From: the human T2T-CHM13v2.0 reference genome, Homo sapiens
Reading direction: 5' to 3' (one strand)
DNA length: 64,000 bases
Assembly: GCF_009914755.1 (NCBI RefSeq)
Contig: NC_060940.1
Of this stretch, positions 15,245 to 30,800 are shown in pieces. The notes below the pieces were generated by a model, which was not told the DNA's origin, searched no databases, and was given only the letters and a program-made list of their open reading frames with translations. Positions within the stretch are counted from its first letter, which is position 1, and each line of letters opens with the position of its first letter. A program made the translations under genes and the position numbers.

Positions 15245-16412
15245 GGTGATTCCATTGGAGTACATTAGATGATTCCATTCGATTCCATTCAATGATGATT
15301 CTATTTGTGTCCCTTAGATGATTCCACATGATTCCATTAGATGATGATACTATTTGAGCCCATCCAATGATTCCCTTCGATTCCATTCGATGAGGATTCC
15401 ATTCGATTCAATTCATTGGTGATTCTATTCAATTCAATTCTTTGATTCCATTCCATTCCATTCGACAATGATTCCATTCGATTTCTTTCGATGATTCCAC
15501 TCGATTCCACTTGACATTGATTCCATTCGATTCCATTCAATGATTCCATTTGATTCCAGTGGATGATGATTGCCATCGATTCCATTCGATCACTCCATTC
15601 TATTCCATTTGATGATGATTACATTCGATTCCATTTGATGATTCCATCTGATTCTATTCGAGGATTCCATTTGATTCCATTCGATGATGATTCCATTCGA
15701 GTCCATTCGATGATTTCATTCGAGTACATCCAATGATTCCATTCGAGTCCATTAGATGATTCCATTTGATTCCATTTGAAAATGATTCTACTAGAGTCCA
15801 TTCAATGACTCCATTCGAGTCCATTCAACAATTCCATTCGACTCCATTCGATGATTCCATTCGATTCCATTTGATGGTTCCATTCGCGTCCATTTAATCA
15901 TTACAGTCGAGTCCGTTTGGTGATTCCACTGGATTTCTTTTGATAATGATACCATTCAATTACATTTGATGATGATCCCATTCAATTTCATTTGATGATG
16001 ATTCCATTAGAGTCCATTCGATGATTTCATTCGAGTCCCTTCATTGATTCCATCCGATTTCATTGGATGATGACTCCATTCGAGTCCATTCGATGATTCC
16101 ACTCGATTCCATTAGATGACTCCATTGGAGTCCATTTGATTGTTCCATTCGATTCCATTCGATTCCTTTCGAAGATTATTCCATTTGAGTCCATTCGATG
16201 ATGATTCCATTCTATTCCATTCGATGATTCCGTTTGATTCCATTCGATGATTCCCTTCGATTCCTTTCTTTGATGATTCCATTCCATTCCATTCAATGAT
16301 TCCATTCGAATCTATTCCATGATGATTCCTTTCGATTCCATTCGCTGATGTTTCCGTTCAATTCCATTCGATGATGATTCCATTCGATTCCATTCATTGA
16401 GGATTCCATTTG

Positions 16413-16752
16413 ATTCCATTCAATGATGATTCCATTGTATTCCATTCAATGATTGCATTCAATTCCATTCAATGATTATCCCATTAGGGTAAACTCAACG
16501 ATTCCATTCAATACCATTCGATGATGATTCCTTTTGAGTCCATTCAATGATTTCATTCAAGTCCATTTGATGATTCCTTTCAATTCCATTCAATGATGAT
16601 TCCATTCTATTCCATTCAATGATTGCATTCAATTCCATTCAATGATTATCCCATTAGAGTAAACTCAACGATTCCATTCAATACCATTCGATGATGATTC
16701 CTTTTGAGTCCATTCAATGATTTCATTCAAGTCCATTTGATGATTCCTTTCA
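16413..16752 (+). repeat. 170-bp tandem duplication (unit 3)
   Basis: Same junction and same first-copy variants (16437, 16488) as in unit 2. Confidence 0.92.
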
Positions 16753-18727
16753 ATTCCATTCTATGATGATTCCATTCGAGTCCATTCGATGATTCCATTC
16801 GATTGCATTCGATGATTCCATTATATTCCATTCAACGGTGATTCCATTCGAGTCCATTCCATGATTCCATTAGAGTACATTTAATGATTGCTTTGTTTTC
16901 AATTCGAAGATGATTACATTGGATTCCATTCTATGATACCATTCGATTCCATTCAATGATGATTCCACTCAAATCCATTGGATGATTCCATTCGTGTCCA
17001 TTCGGTGATTTCATTAGATTCCATTCGAGGATGATTCCATTCGATTCCATTCGATGATTCCATTCAATTCCATTCGTTGATGATTCCATTCCAGTCCATA
17101 TGATCATTCCATTTGATTTCATTCGATGATGATTCCATTCGATTCCATTCGATGATTCCATTCTATTCCATTCGATGATGATTCCATTCGAGTCCATTCG
17201 ATGATTCCATTCGAGTCCATTTAATGATTCCATTGGGTTCAATTCAATGATGATTACATTGGATTCCGTTCTATGATTCCATTCAATTCCGTTCATTGAC
17301 AATTTGATTCCATTCGATGATGATTCCATTTGAGTTCATTCGATGATTCTATTCGATTCTCTTCGATGGTGATTCAATTCTATTATATTGGATGATTCCA
17401 TTCGATTCCATTTGATGTTGATTCAATTCGATTCTATTCGATGATGATTCCATTGGATTTCACTTGATGATTCTATTCGATTCCATTCAATGATGATTCA
17501 CTTCTCGTCCATTGGATGATTCCATTTCATTCCATTCGATGATGATTCCATTCGATTCCATTCGATGATTCCATTTGATTCCATGCGACGGTGAGCAATT
17601 CGATTCAATTCCATGATGATTCTATTTGATTCAATTAGATGATGTTTCCATTCGAATCCATTCCATGATTATTCCATTGGAATCCATTCGGCGATGATTC
17701 CATATGAGTCAATTCAATGATGATTCCATATGGGTCCGTTCGATGATAATTCCATTTGATTTCATTCGATGCTTCTATTCTATTCCAGTCGATGATGATT
17801 CCGTTGGAGTCCATACGATGATTCCATTTGATTTCATTTGATGATGATTCCATTCGATGACGATTACATTGGATTCCATTCTATGATTCCATTCAATTCC
17901 ATTCGTTGATGATTCGATTCCATTCAATGATGATTCCATTTGAGTTCATTCGATGATTCTATTCGATTCCGTTCGATGGTGATTCAATTCTATTATATTG
18001 GATGATTCCACTCGATTCCATTTGATGATTATTCCATTGGAGTCCACTTAGTGAATCCTTTAGATTCTACTCGACGATGATTCCATTCGAGTCCATTCGA
18101 TGATACCATTCAATTCCATTCGTTGATGCTTCCATTCAAGTGCATTCGATGATATCATTCGATTCCATTTGATGATAATTCCATTTGATTCCATGCGATG
18201 ATTCTATTCGATTCCATTCAATGATAATTCCATTCAATTCAGTGATTCCTCTGGACTCCATTTGATGATGATTCCATTCAATGATTCCATTCGATTCTAT
18301 TCGAAAATGATTCCATTTGAATCCATTTGATGATGATTCCATTAGATTCCATTTGATGATTCCATTCGATTCCATTCGACGATGATTCCATTCGATTCCG
18401 TTTGATGATTCCATTCTATTCTATTCGATGATGATTCCATTCGATTCCATTCGATGATGATTGGATTCGATTCCATTGGATGATTTCATTTGATTCCATT
18501 CGTTAATGATTTCGATCAATTCCATTCGATGATTCCATTCGATTCCATTCGATAATGATTACATCCGAGTCCATTCGATGATTCCCTTTGAGCCTGTTCG
18601 ATAATTCCATTTGAGTCCAACCAATGATTCCATTCATTTCCATTCAATGATTCCATTCGAGTCCATTTGATCATTCCGGTAGGGTCCATTCGATGTTGAT
18701 TCCATTGGAGTGCATTCGATGATTCCA

Positions 18728-21700
18728 TTCGAGTCCATTTTAGGATTTGATTCGAGTCCTTTCGATGATTCCATTCGATTCCACTCGATGATGATTTCAT
18801 TCCAGTCCATTCGACACTTCCAATCGATTCCATTTGATGATTCCATTCGAGTCCAATTGATGATTCCATTCAATTCCATTCGATGATGATTCCGTACGAT
18901 TCCATTCTGTGATGATTCCATGTGATTGCATTCAATGATGATTCCTTTCGATTGCATTCGATTATGATTCATTTCGTGTTCATTCTATGGTTCCACAGGT
19001 TTCCATTCGTGTCCATTCCATTATTCCATTCTATTCCATTTGATGATGATTCCATTCGATTCCATTCATTGGTGATTCCACTCAATTCCATTCAATGATT
19101 CCATTCCATTTCTTTCAACAATGATTCCATTAGTTTCTAATCGATGATCCACTTGATTCCATTTGACGACGATTCCATTCTTGTCCATTCGATGATTCCA
19201 TTTGATTCCATATGATGATGATTCCATTCGATTCCATACCATGATGATTCCATTCGAGTCCATTCAATGGTGATTCCATTCAATTCCATTCGATGATTCC
19301 TTTCGATTCCATTCGATGATGATGGCATTCGATTCCTTTCAATCATTCCCTTTGATTCCATTCAAAGGTGATTTCATTCAAGTCCATTCGATAATTGCAT
19401 TCGATTCCATTCTATGATGATTCCATTCGAGTCCATTTGATGATTCCATTCAATTCAAGTCAATGATGATTCCATTCGATTCCATTCGATGATTCCATTG
19501 GATTCCATTCGATGATGATTCCATTCAAATCCTTTCGATAATTCAATTCAAGTCCATTCGATGATGATTCCAATCGAATCCATTCAAAGATTCCATTCAG
19601 TTCCATTCGATGATTCCCTTAGATTCCATTCGATGATTCCACTTGATTGCATTTACGATGATTCCATTCGATTCCATGTGATGATTCCATTCAATTCTAT
19701 TCAATGATGTCTCCATTTGATTCCATTCGACCATGATTGCCTTTGATTCCATTCAATGATTCCATTCGGTTCCGTTTGATGATGATTCCGTTCGATTCCA
19801 TTTGATGATTCCATTTGATTCCATTGGATGAGTCCATTCGATTACATTCGATGATTATTCCATTCGAGTGCATTAGATGATTCCATTCGAGTCCATTCGA
19901 TGATTCCATTCGGTTCCATTCGATGTTGATTCTGTTCAAATCCATTCGATGATTCCACTCGATTCCATTCGTTGACTCCATTTGATCCCATTCGATGATT
20001 TCCTTTGATTCCCTTTGATGATCATTCCATTTGATTCAATTCGGTGATTTCATTCGATTCCATTCAGTGATGTTTCCATTCGACTCCATTCGATGATGAT
20101 TCCATTCGACTCCATTCGATTATGATTTCATTCAATTCCATTCGATAATGATTCCCTTCGAGTCCATTCGATGATTCCATTCGATTCCATTCAACGATGT
20201 TTTGATTCGTGTCCATTCGATGATTCCATTTGATTCCACTTGATGATGATTCCATTCGAGTCCATTTGATGATTCCATTCAATTCCATACTCCGATGATT
20301 TCTTTTGAGCCCACTCAATGCTTCCACTCGATTCCATATGATGATGACTCCATTCGATGAAATTCGATGATGATTCCATTCGCTTGCTTTCGATGATGAT
20401 TCCACTTGAGTCCGTTAGAAGATTCTATTCAATTACATTCCATGACGATTCCGTTCGAGTCCATTTGATGATTCCATTAGACTCCATTCGACGATGATTC
20501 CTTTCGATGTTATTCCATGATTCCATTCGATATCAATCGATGATGATTCCATTCAACTCCATTCGATGTTTCCATTCGAGTTCATTCTATTATTGCATTA
20601 GATTCCATTCGATGATGATTCCATTCGATTCCATTTGATGATTGCATTCTGTTTCATTTGATGATGATTCCATTCGAGTCCACTCGATGATTCCATTCGA
20701 GTCCATTTAATGAATCCATTGGTTTCAATTCTATGATGATTACATTGGATTCCATTCGTTGATGATTTCATTCGGTTCCATTCAATGATGATTCCATTCA
20801 ATTCCTTTCAATGTTTCCATTCAATTCCATACGATGATGATTCCATTTGATTTGATTCGACAGTGAGCCATTCGATTCAATTCCATGATGATTCTATTTG
20901 ATTCAATTGGTTGACATTTCCATTCGATTCCATTCGATGATGATTCCCTTTGATTCCGTTCAAAGATGATTCCATTCTAGCCCATTCAATCATTCCATTC
21001 GATTCTATTCAATGATGATTCCATTCATGTCGATTTGGTGATTCCATTTGACTTCATTTGATGATGATTCCTTTCAAGTTCATTAGATGATTCCATTCGA
21101 TTCCATTTGATGATGATCCCATTCGAGTCCATTCAGTGATTCCATTCGTTTCCATTCCATGATGATTCCATTCCTTTCCATTCAATGATTCCATTCGATT
21201 CCGTTTGATGATGATTTCATTCGAGTCCATTTGATGATTCCATTTGATTCCATTCGATGATGATTCCATTCGAGTCCATTCGATGATTCTATTCGAATCC
21301 ATTTGATGATTTCTTTTGATTATATTTGGTGATGATTCCATTGGAGTCCATTCAATGATTCCATTCGATTCCAATCGATGATGATTCCATTAGAGTCCAT
21401 TTAATGATTCCATTTGATTCCAGTCTCTGATGATTACATTCGAGTCCATACGATGATTCCACTCAATTCCATATGATGATGATTCCATTTGATTCCATTC
21501 GGTGATTCCATTCTATTCTATTCAATGGTGATTCCATTCGAGTACATTAGATGATTCCATTCGATTCCATTCAATGATGATTCTATTTGTGTCCCTTAGA
21601 TGATTCCACATGATTCCATTAGATGATGATACTATTTGAGCCCATCCAATGATTCCCTTCGATTCCATTCGATGAGGATTCCATTCGATTCAATTCATTG

Positions 21701-24700
21701 GTGATTCTATTCAATTCAATTCTTTGATTCCATTCCATTCCATTCGACAATGATTCCATTCGATTTCTTTCGATGATTCCACTCGATTCCACTTGACATT
21801 GATTCCATTCGATTCCATTCAATGATTCCATTTGATTCCAGTGGATGATGATTGCCATCGATTCCATTCGATCACTCCATTCTATTCCATTTGATGATGA
21901 TTACATTCGATTCCATTTGATGATTCCATCTGATTCTATTCGAGGATTCCATTTGATTCCATTCGATGATGATTCCATTCGAGTCCATTCGATGATTTCA
22001 TTCGAGTACATCCAATGATTCCATTCGAGTCCATTAGATGATTCCATTTGATTCCATTTGAAAATGATTCTACTAGAGTCCATTCAATGACTCCATTCGA
22101 GTCCATTCAACAATTCCATTCGACTCCATTCGATGATTCCATTCGATTCCATTTGATGGTTCCATTCGAGTCCATTTAATCATTACAGTCGAGTCCATTT
22201 GGTGATTCCACTGGATTTCTTTTGATAATGATACCATTCAATTACATTTGATGATGATCCCATTCAATTTCATTTGATGATGATTCCATTAGAGTCCATT
22301 CGATGATTTCATTCGAGTCCCTTCATTGATTCCATCCGATTTCATTGGATGATGACTCCATTCGAGTCCATTCGATGATTCCACTCGATTCCATTAGATG
22401 ACTCCATTGGAGTCCATTTGATTGTTCCATTCGATTCCATTCGATTCCTTTCGAAGATTATTCCATTTGAGTCCATTCGATGATGATTCCATTCCATTCC
22501 ATTCGATGATTCCGTTTGATTCCATTCGATGATTCCCTTCGATTCCTTTCTTTGATGATTTCATTCCATTCCATTCAATGATTCCATTCGAATCTATTCC
22601 ATGATGATTCCTTTCGATTCCATTCGCTGATGTTTCCGTTCAATTCCATTCGATGATGATTCCATTCGATTCCATTCATTGAGGATTCCATTTGATTCCA
22701 TTCAATGATGATTCCATTCTATTCCACTCAATGATTGCATTCAATTCCATACAATGATTATCCCATTAGAGTAAACTCAACGATTCCATTCAATACCATT
22801 CGATGATGATTCCTTTTGAGTCCATTCAATGATTTCATTCAAGTCCATTTGATGATTCCTTTCAATTCCATTCTATGATGATTCCATTCGAGTCCATTCG
22901 ATGATTCCATTCAATTGCATTTGATGATTCCATTATATTCCATTCAACGGTGATTCCATTCGAGTCCATTCCATGATTCCATTAGAGTACATTTAATGAT
23001 TGCTTTGTTTTCAATTCGAAGATGATTACATTGGATTCCATTCTATGATACCATTCGATTCCATTCAATGATGATTCCACTCAAATCCATTGGATGATTC
23101 CATTCGTGTCCATTCGGTGATTTCATTAGATTCCATTCGAGGATGATTCCATTCGATTCCATTCGATGATTCCATTCAATTCCATTCGATGATGATTCCA
23201 TTCCAGTCCATATGATCATTCCATTTGATTTCATTCGATGATGATTCCATTCGATTCCATTCGACGATTCCATTCTATTCCATTCGATGATGATTCCATT
23301 CGAGTCCATTCGATCAATCCATTCGAGTCCATTTAATGATTCCATTGGGTTCAATTCAATGATGATTACATTGGATTCCGTTCTATGATTCCATTCAATT
23401 CCGTTCATTGACAATTTGATTCCATTCGATGATGATTCCATTTGAGTTCATTCGATGATTCTATTCGATTCTCTTCGATGGTGATTCAATTCTATTATAT
23501 TGGATGATTCCATTCGATTCCATTTGATGTTGATTCAATTCGATTCTATTCGATGATGATTCCATTGGATTTCACTTGATGATTCTATTCGATTCCATTC
23601 AATGATGATTCACTTCTCGTCCATTGGATGATTCCATTTCATTCCATTCGATGATGATTCCATTCGATTCCATTCGATGATTCCATTTGATTCCATGCGA
23701 CGGTGAGCAATTCGATTCAATTCCATGATGATTCTATTTGATTCAATTAGATGATGTTTCCATTCGAATCCATTCCATGATTATTCCATTGGAATCCATT
23801 CGGCGATGATTCCATATGAGTCAATTCAATGATGATTCCATATGGGTCCGTTCGATGATAATTCCATTTGATTTCATTCGATGCTTCTATTCTATTCCAG
23901 TCGATGATGATTCCATTGGAGTCCATACGATGATTCCATTTGATTTCATTTGATGATGATTCCATTCGATGATGATTACATTGGATTCCATTCTATGATT
24001 CCATTCAATTCCATTCGTTGATGATTCGATTCCATTCAATGATGATTCCATTTGAGTTCATTCGATGATTCTATTCGATTCCGTTCGATGGTGACTCAAT
24101 TCTATTATACTGGATGATACCAGTCGATTCCATTTGATGATTATTCCATTGGAGTCCATTTAGTGAATCCTTTAGATTCTACTCGACGATGATTCCATTC
24201 GAGTCCATTCGATGATACCATTCAATTCCATTCGTTGATGCTTCCATTCAAGTGCATTCGATGATATCATTCGATTCCATTTGATGATAATTCCATTTGA
24301 TTCCATGCGATGATTCTATTCGATTCCATTCAATGATAATTCCATTCAATTCAGTGATTCCTCTGGACTCCATTTGATGATGATTCCATTCAATGATTCC
24401 ATTCGATTCTATTCGAAAATGATTCCATTTGAATCCATTTGATGATGATTCCATTAGATTCCATTTGATGATTCCATTCGATTCCATTCGACGATGATTC
24501 CATTCGATTCCGTTTGATGATTCCATTCTATTCTATTCGATGATGATTCCATTCGATTCCATTCGATGATGATTGGATTCGATTCCATTGGATGATTTCA
24601 TTTGATTCCATTCGTTAATGATTTCGATCAATTCCATTCGATGATTCCATTCGATTCCATTCGATAATGATTACATCCGAGTCCATTCGATGATTCCATT

Positions 24701-24839
24701 TTAGCCTGTTCGATAATTCCATTTGAGTCCAACCAATGATTCCATTCATTTCCATTCAATGATTCCATTCGAGTCCATTTGATCATTCCGGTAGGGTCCA
24801 TTCGATGTTGATTCCATTGGAGTGCATTCGATGATTCCA
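18728..24839 (+). repeat. HSat2 unit 4 (6,112 bp)
   Basis: Markers at 18728 and 24840. Confidence 0.95.
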
Positions 24840-27800
24840 TTCGAGTCCATTTTAGGATTTGATTCGAGTCCTTTCGATGATTCCATTCGATTCCACTCGA
24901 TGATGATTTCATTCGAGTCCATTCGACACTTCCAATCGATTCCATTTGATGATTCCATTCGAGTCCAATTGATGATTCCATTCAATTCCATTCGATGATG
25001 ATTCCGTACGATACCATTCTGTGATGATTCCATGTGATTGCATTCAATGATGATTCCTTTCGATTGCATTCGATTATGATTCATTTCGTGTTCATTCTAT
25101 GGTTCCACAGGTTTCCATTCGTGTCCATTCCATTATTCCATTCTATTCCATTTGATGATGATTCCATTCGATTCCATTCATTGGTGATTCCACTCAATTC
25201 CATTCAATGATTCCATTCCATTTCTTTCAACAATGATTCCATTAGTTTCTAATCGATGATCCACTTGATTCCATTTGACGACGATTCCATTCTTGTCCAT
25301 TCGATGATTCCATTTGATTCCATATGATGATGATTCCATTCGATTCCATACCATGATGATTCCATTCGAGTCCATTCAATGGTGATTCCATTCAATTCCA
25401 TTCGATGATTCCTTTTGATTCCATTCGATGATGATGGCATTCGATTCCTTTCAATCATTCCCTTTGATTCCATTCAAAGGTGATTTCATTCAAGTCCATT
25501 CGATAATTGCATTCGATTCCATTCTATGATGATTCCATTCGAGTCCATTTGATGATTCCATTCAATTCAAGTCAATGATGATTCCATTCGATTCCATTCG
25601 ATGATTCCATTGGATTCCATTCGATGATGATTCCATTCAAATCCTTTCGATAATTCAATTCAAGTCCATTCGATGATGATTCCAATCGAATCCATTCAAA
25701 GATTCCATTCAGTTCCATTCGATGATTCCCTTAGATTCCATTCGATGATTCCACTTGATTGCATTTACGATGATTCCATTCGATTCCATGTGATGATTCC
25801 ATTCAATTCTATTCAATGATGTCTCCATTTGATTCCATTCGACCATGATTGCCTTTGATTCCATTCAATGATTCCATTCGGTTCCGTTTGATGATGATTC
25901 CGTTCGATTCCATTTGATGATTCCATTTGATTCCATTGGATGGGTCCATTCGATTACATTCGATGATTATTCCATTCGAGTGCATTAGATGATTCCATTC
26001 GAGTCCATTCGATGATTCCATTCGATTCCATTCGATGTTGATTCTGTTCAAATCCATTCGATGATTCCACTCGATTCCATTCGTTGACTCCATTTGATCC
26101 CATTCGATGATTTCCTTTGATTCCCTTTGATGATCATTCCATTTGATTCAATTCGGTGATTTCATTTGATTCCATTCAGTGATGTTTCCATTCGACTCCA
26201 TTCGATGATGATTCCATTCGACTCCATTCGATTATGATTTCATTCAATTCCATTCGATAATGATTCCCTGCGAGTCTATTCGATGATTCCATTCGATTCC
26301 ATTCAACGATGATTTGATTCGTGTCCATTCGATGATTCCATTTGATTCCACTTGATGATGATTCCATTCGAGCCCATTTGATGATTCCATTCAATTCCAT
26401 ACTCCGATGATTTCTTTTGAGCCCACTCAATGCTTCCACTCGATTCCATATGATGATGACTCCATTCGATGAAATTCGATGATGATTCCATTCGCTTGCT
26501 TTCGATGATGATTCCACTTGAGTCCGTTAGAAGATTCTATTCAATTACATTCCATGACGATTCCGTTCGAGTCCATTTGATGATTCCATTAGACTCCATT
26601 CGACGATGATTCCATTCGATGTTATTCGATGATTCCATTCGATCTCATTCGATGATGATTCCATTCAACTCCATTCGATGTTTCCATTCGAGTTCATTCT
26701 ATTATTCCATTAGATTCCATTCGATGATGATTCCATTCGATTCCATTTGATGATTGCATTCTATTTCATTTGATGATGATTCCATTCGAGTCCACTCGAT
26801 GATTCCATTCGAGTCCATTTAATGAATCCATTGGTTTCAATTCTATGATGATTACATTGGATTCCATTCGTTGATGATTTCATTCGGTTCCATTCAATGA
26901 TGATTCCATTCAATTCCTTTCAATGTTTCCATTCAATTCCATACGATGATGATTCCATTTGATTTGATTCGACAGTGAGCCATTCGATTCAATTCCATGA
27001 TGATTCTATTTGATTCAATTGGTTGACATTTCCATTCGATTCCATTCGATGATGATTCCCTTTGATTCCGTTCAAAGATGATTCCATTCTAGCCCATTCA
27101 ATCATTCCATTCGATTCTATTCAATGATGATTCCATTCATGTCGATTTGGTGATTCCATTTGACTTCATTTGATGATGATTCCTTTCAAGTTCATTAGAT
27201 GATTCCATTCGATTCCATTTGATGATGATCCCATTCGAGTCCATTCAGTGATTCCATTCATTTCCATTCCATGATGATTCCATTCCTTTCCATTCAATGA
27301 TTCCATTCGATTCCGTTTGATGATGATTTAATTCGAGTCCATTTGATGATTCCATTTGATTCCATTCGATGATGATTCCATTCGAGTCCATTCGATGATT
27401 CTATTCGAATCCATTTGATGATTTCTTTTGATTATATTTGGTGATGATTCCATTGGAGTCCATTCAATGATTCCATTCTATTCCAATCGATGATGATTCC
27501 ATTAGAGTCCATTTAATGATTCCATTTGATTCCAGTCTCTGATGATTACATTCGAGTCCATACGATGATTCCACTCAATTCCATATGATGATGATTCCAT
27601 TTGATTCCATTCGGTGATTCCATTCTATTCTATTCAATGGTGATTCCATTCGAGTACATTAGATGATTCCATTCGATTCCATTCAATGATGATTCTATTT
27701 GTGTCCCTTAGATGATTCCACATGATTCCATTAGATGATGATACTATTTGAGCCCATCCAATGATTCCCTTCGATTCCATTCGATGAGGATTCCATTCGA

Positions 27801-30800
27801 TTCAATTCATTGGTGATTCTATTCAATTCAATTCTTTGATTCCATTCCATTCCATTCGACAATAATTCCATTCGATTTCTTTCGATGATTCCACTCGATT
27901 CCACTTGACATTGATTCCATTCGATTCCATTCAATGATTCCATTTGATTCCAGTGGATGATGATTGCCATCGATTCCATTCGATCACTCCATTCTATTCC
28001 ATTTGATGATGATTACATTCGATTCCATTTGATGATTCCATCTGATTCTATTCGAGGATTCCATTTGATTCCATTCGATGATGATTCCATTCGAGTCCAT
28101 TCGATGATTTCATTCGAGTACATCCAATGATTCCATTCGAGTCCATTAGATGATTCCATTTGATTCCATTTGAAAATGATTCTACTAGAGTCCATTCAAT
28201 GACTCCATTCGAGTCCATTCAACAATTCCATTCGACTCCATTCGATGATTCCATTCGATTCCATTTGATGGTTCCACTCGAGTCCATTTAATCATTACAG
28301 TCGAGTCCATTTGGTGATTCCACTGGATTTCTTTTGATAATGATACCATTCAATTACATTTGATGATGATCCCATTCAATTTCATTTGATGATGATTCCA
28401 TTAGAGTCCATTCGATGATTTCATTTGAGTCCCTTCATTGATTCCATCCGATTTCATTGGATGATGACTCCATTCGAGTCCATTCGATGATTCCACTCGA
28501 TTCCATTAGATGACTCCATTGGAGCCCATTTGATTGTTCCATTCGATTCCATTCGATTCCTTTCGAAGATTATTCCATTTGAGTCCATTCGATGATGATT
28601 CCATTCCATTCCATTTGATGATTCCGTTTGATTCCATTCGATGATTCCCTTCGATTCCTTTCTTTGATGATTCCATTCCATTCCATTCAATGATTCCATT
28701 CGAATCTATTCCATGATGATTCCTTTCGATTCCATTCGCTGATGTTTCCGTTCAATTCCATTCGATGATGATTCCATTCGATTCCATTCATTGAGGATTC
28801 CATTTGATTCCATTCAATGATGATTCCATTCTATTCCATTCAATGATTGCATTCAATTCCATTCAATGATTATCCCCTTAGAGTAAACTCAACGATTCCA
28901 TTCAATACCATTCGATGATGATTCCTTTTGGGTCCATTCAATGATTTCATTCAAGTCCATTTGATGATTCCTTTCAATTCCATTCTATGATGATTCCATT
29001 CGAGTCCATTCGATGATTCCATTCGATTGCATTCGATGATTCCATTATATTCCATTCAACGGTGATTCCATTCGAGTCCATTCCATGATTCCATTAGAGT
29101 ACATTTAATGATTGCTTTGTTTTCAATTCGAAGATGATTACATTGGATTCCATTCTATGATACCATTCGATTCCATTCAATGATGATTCCACTCAAATCC
29201 ATTGGATGATTCCATTCGTGTCCATTCGGTGATTTCATTAGATTCCATTCGAGGATGATTCCATTCGATTCCATTCGATGATTCCATTCAATTCCATTAG
29301 ATGATGATTCCATTCCAGTCCATATGATCATTCCATTCAATTCCATACGATGATGATTCCATTTGATTTGATTCGACAGTGAGCCATTTGATTCAATTCC
29401 ATGATGATTCTATTTGATTCAATTGGTTGACATTTCCATTCGATTCCATTCGATGATGATTCCCTTTGATTCCGTTCAAAGATGATTCCATTCTAGCCCA
29501 TTCAATCATTCCATTCGATTCTATTCAATGATGATTCCATTCATGTCGATTTGGTGATTCCATTTGACTTCATTTGATGATGATTCCTTTCAAGTTCATT
29601 AGATGATTCCATTCGATTCCATTTGATGATGATCCCATTCGAGTCCATTCAGTGATTCCATTCATTTCCATTCCATGATGATTCCATTCCTTTCCATTCA
29701 ATGATTCCATTCGATTCCGTTTGATGATGATTTCATTCGAGTCCATTTGATGATTCCATTTGATTCCATTCGATGATGATTCCATTCGAGTCCATTCGAT
29801 GATTCTATTCGAATCCATTTGATGATTTCTTTTGATTATATTTGGTGATGATTCCATTGGAGTCCATTCAATGATTCCATTCTATTCCAATCGATGATGA
29901 TTCCATTAGAGTCCATTTAATGATTCCATTTGATTCCAGTCTCTGATGATTACATTCGAGTCCATACGATGATTCCACTCAATTCCATATGATGATGATT
30001 CCATTTGATTCCATTCGGTGATTCCATTCTATTCTATTCAATGGTGATTCCATTCGAGTACATTAGATGATTCCATTCGATTCCATTCAATGATGATTCT
30101 ATTTGTGTCCCTTAGATGATTCCACATGATTCCATTACATGATGATACTATTTGAGCCCATCCAATGATTCCCTTCGATTCCATTCGATGAGGATTCCAT
30201 TCGATTCAATTCATTGGTGATTCTATTCAATTCAATTCTTTGATTCCATTCCATTCCATTCGACAATGATTCCATTCGATTTCTTTCGATGATTCCACTC
30301 GATTCCACTTGACATTGATTCCATTCGATTCCATTCAATGATTCCATTTGATTCCAGTGGATGATGATTGCCATCGATTCCATTCGATCACTCCATTCTA
30401 TTCCATTTGATGATGATTACATTCGATTCCATTTGATGATTCCATCTGATTCTATTCGAGGATTCCATTTGATTCCATTCGATGATGATTCCATTCGAGT
30501 CCATTCGATGATTTCATTCGAGTACATCCAATGATTCCATTCGAGTCCATTAGATGATTCCGTTTGATTCCATTTGAAAATGATTCTACTAGAGTCCATT
30601 CAATGACTCCATTCGAGTCCATTCAACAATTCCATTCGACTCCATTCGATGATTCCATTCGATTCCATTTGATGGTTCCATTCGAGTCCATTTAATCATT
30701 ACAGTCGAGTCCGTTTGGTGATTCCACTGGATTTCTTTTGATAATGATACCATTCAATTACATTTGATGATGATCCCATTCAATTTCATTTGATGATGAT

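Larger units (their letters stand above)
12420..18727 (+). repeat. HSat2 unit 3 (6,308 bp = 6,112 + 26 + 170)
   Basis: The next marker is at 18728. It carries the same two duplications as unit 2. Confidence 0.95.
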
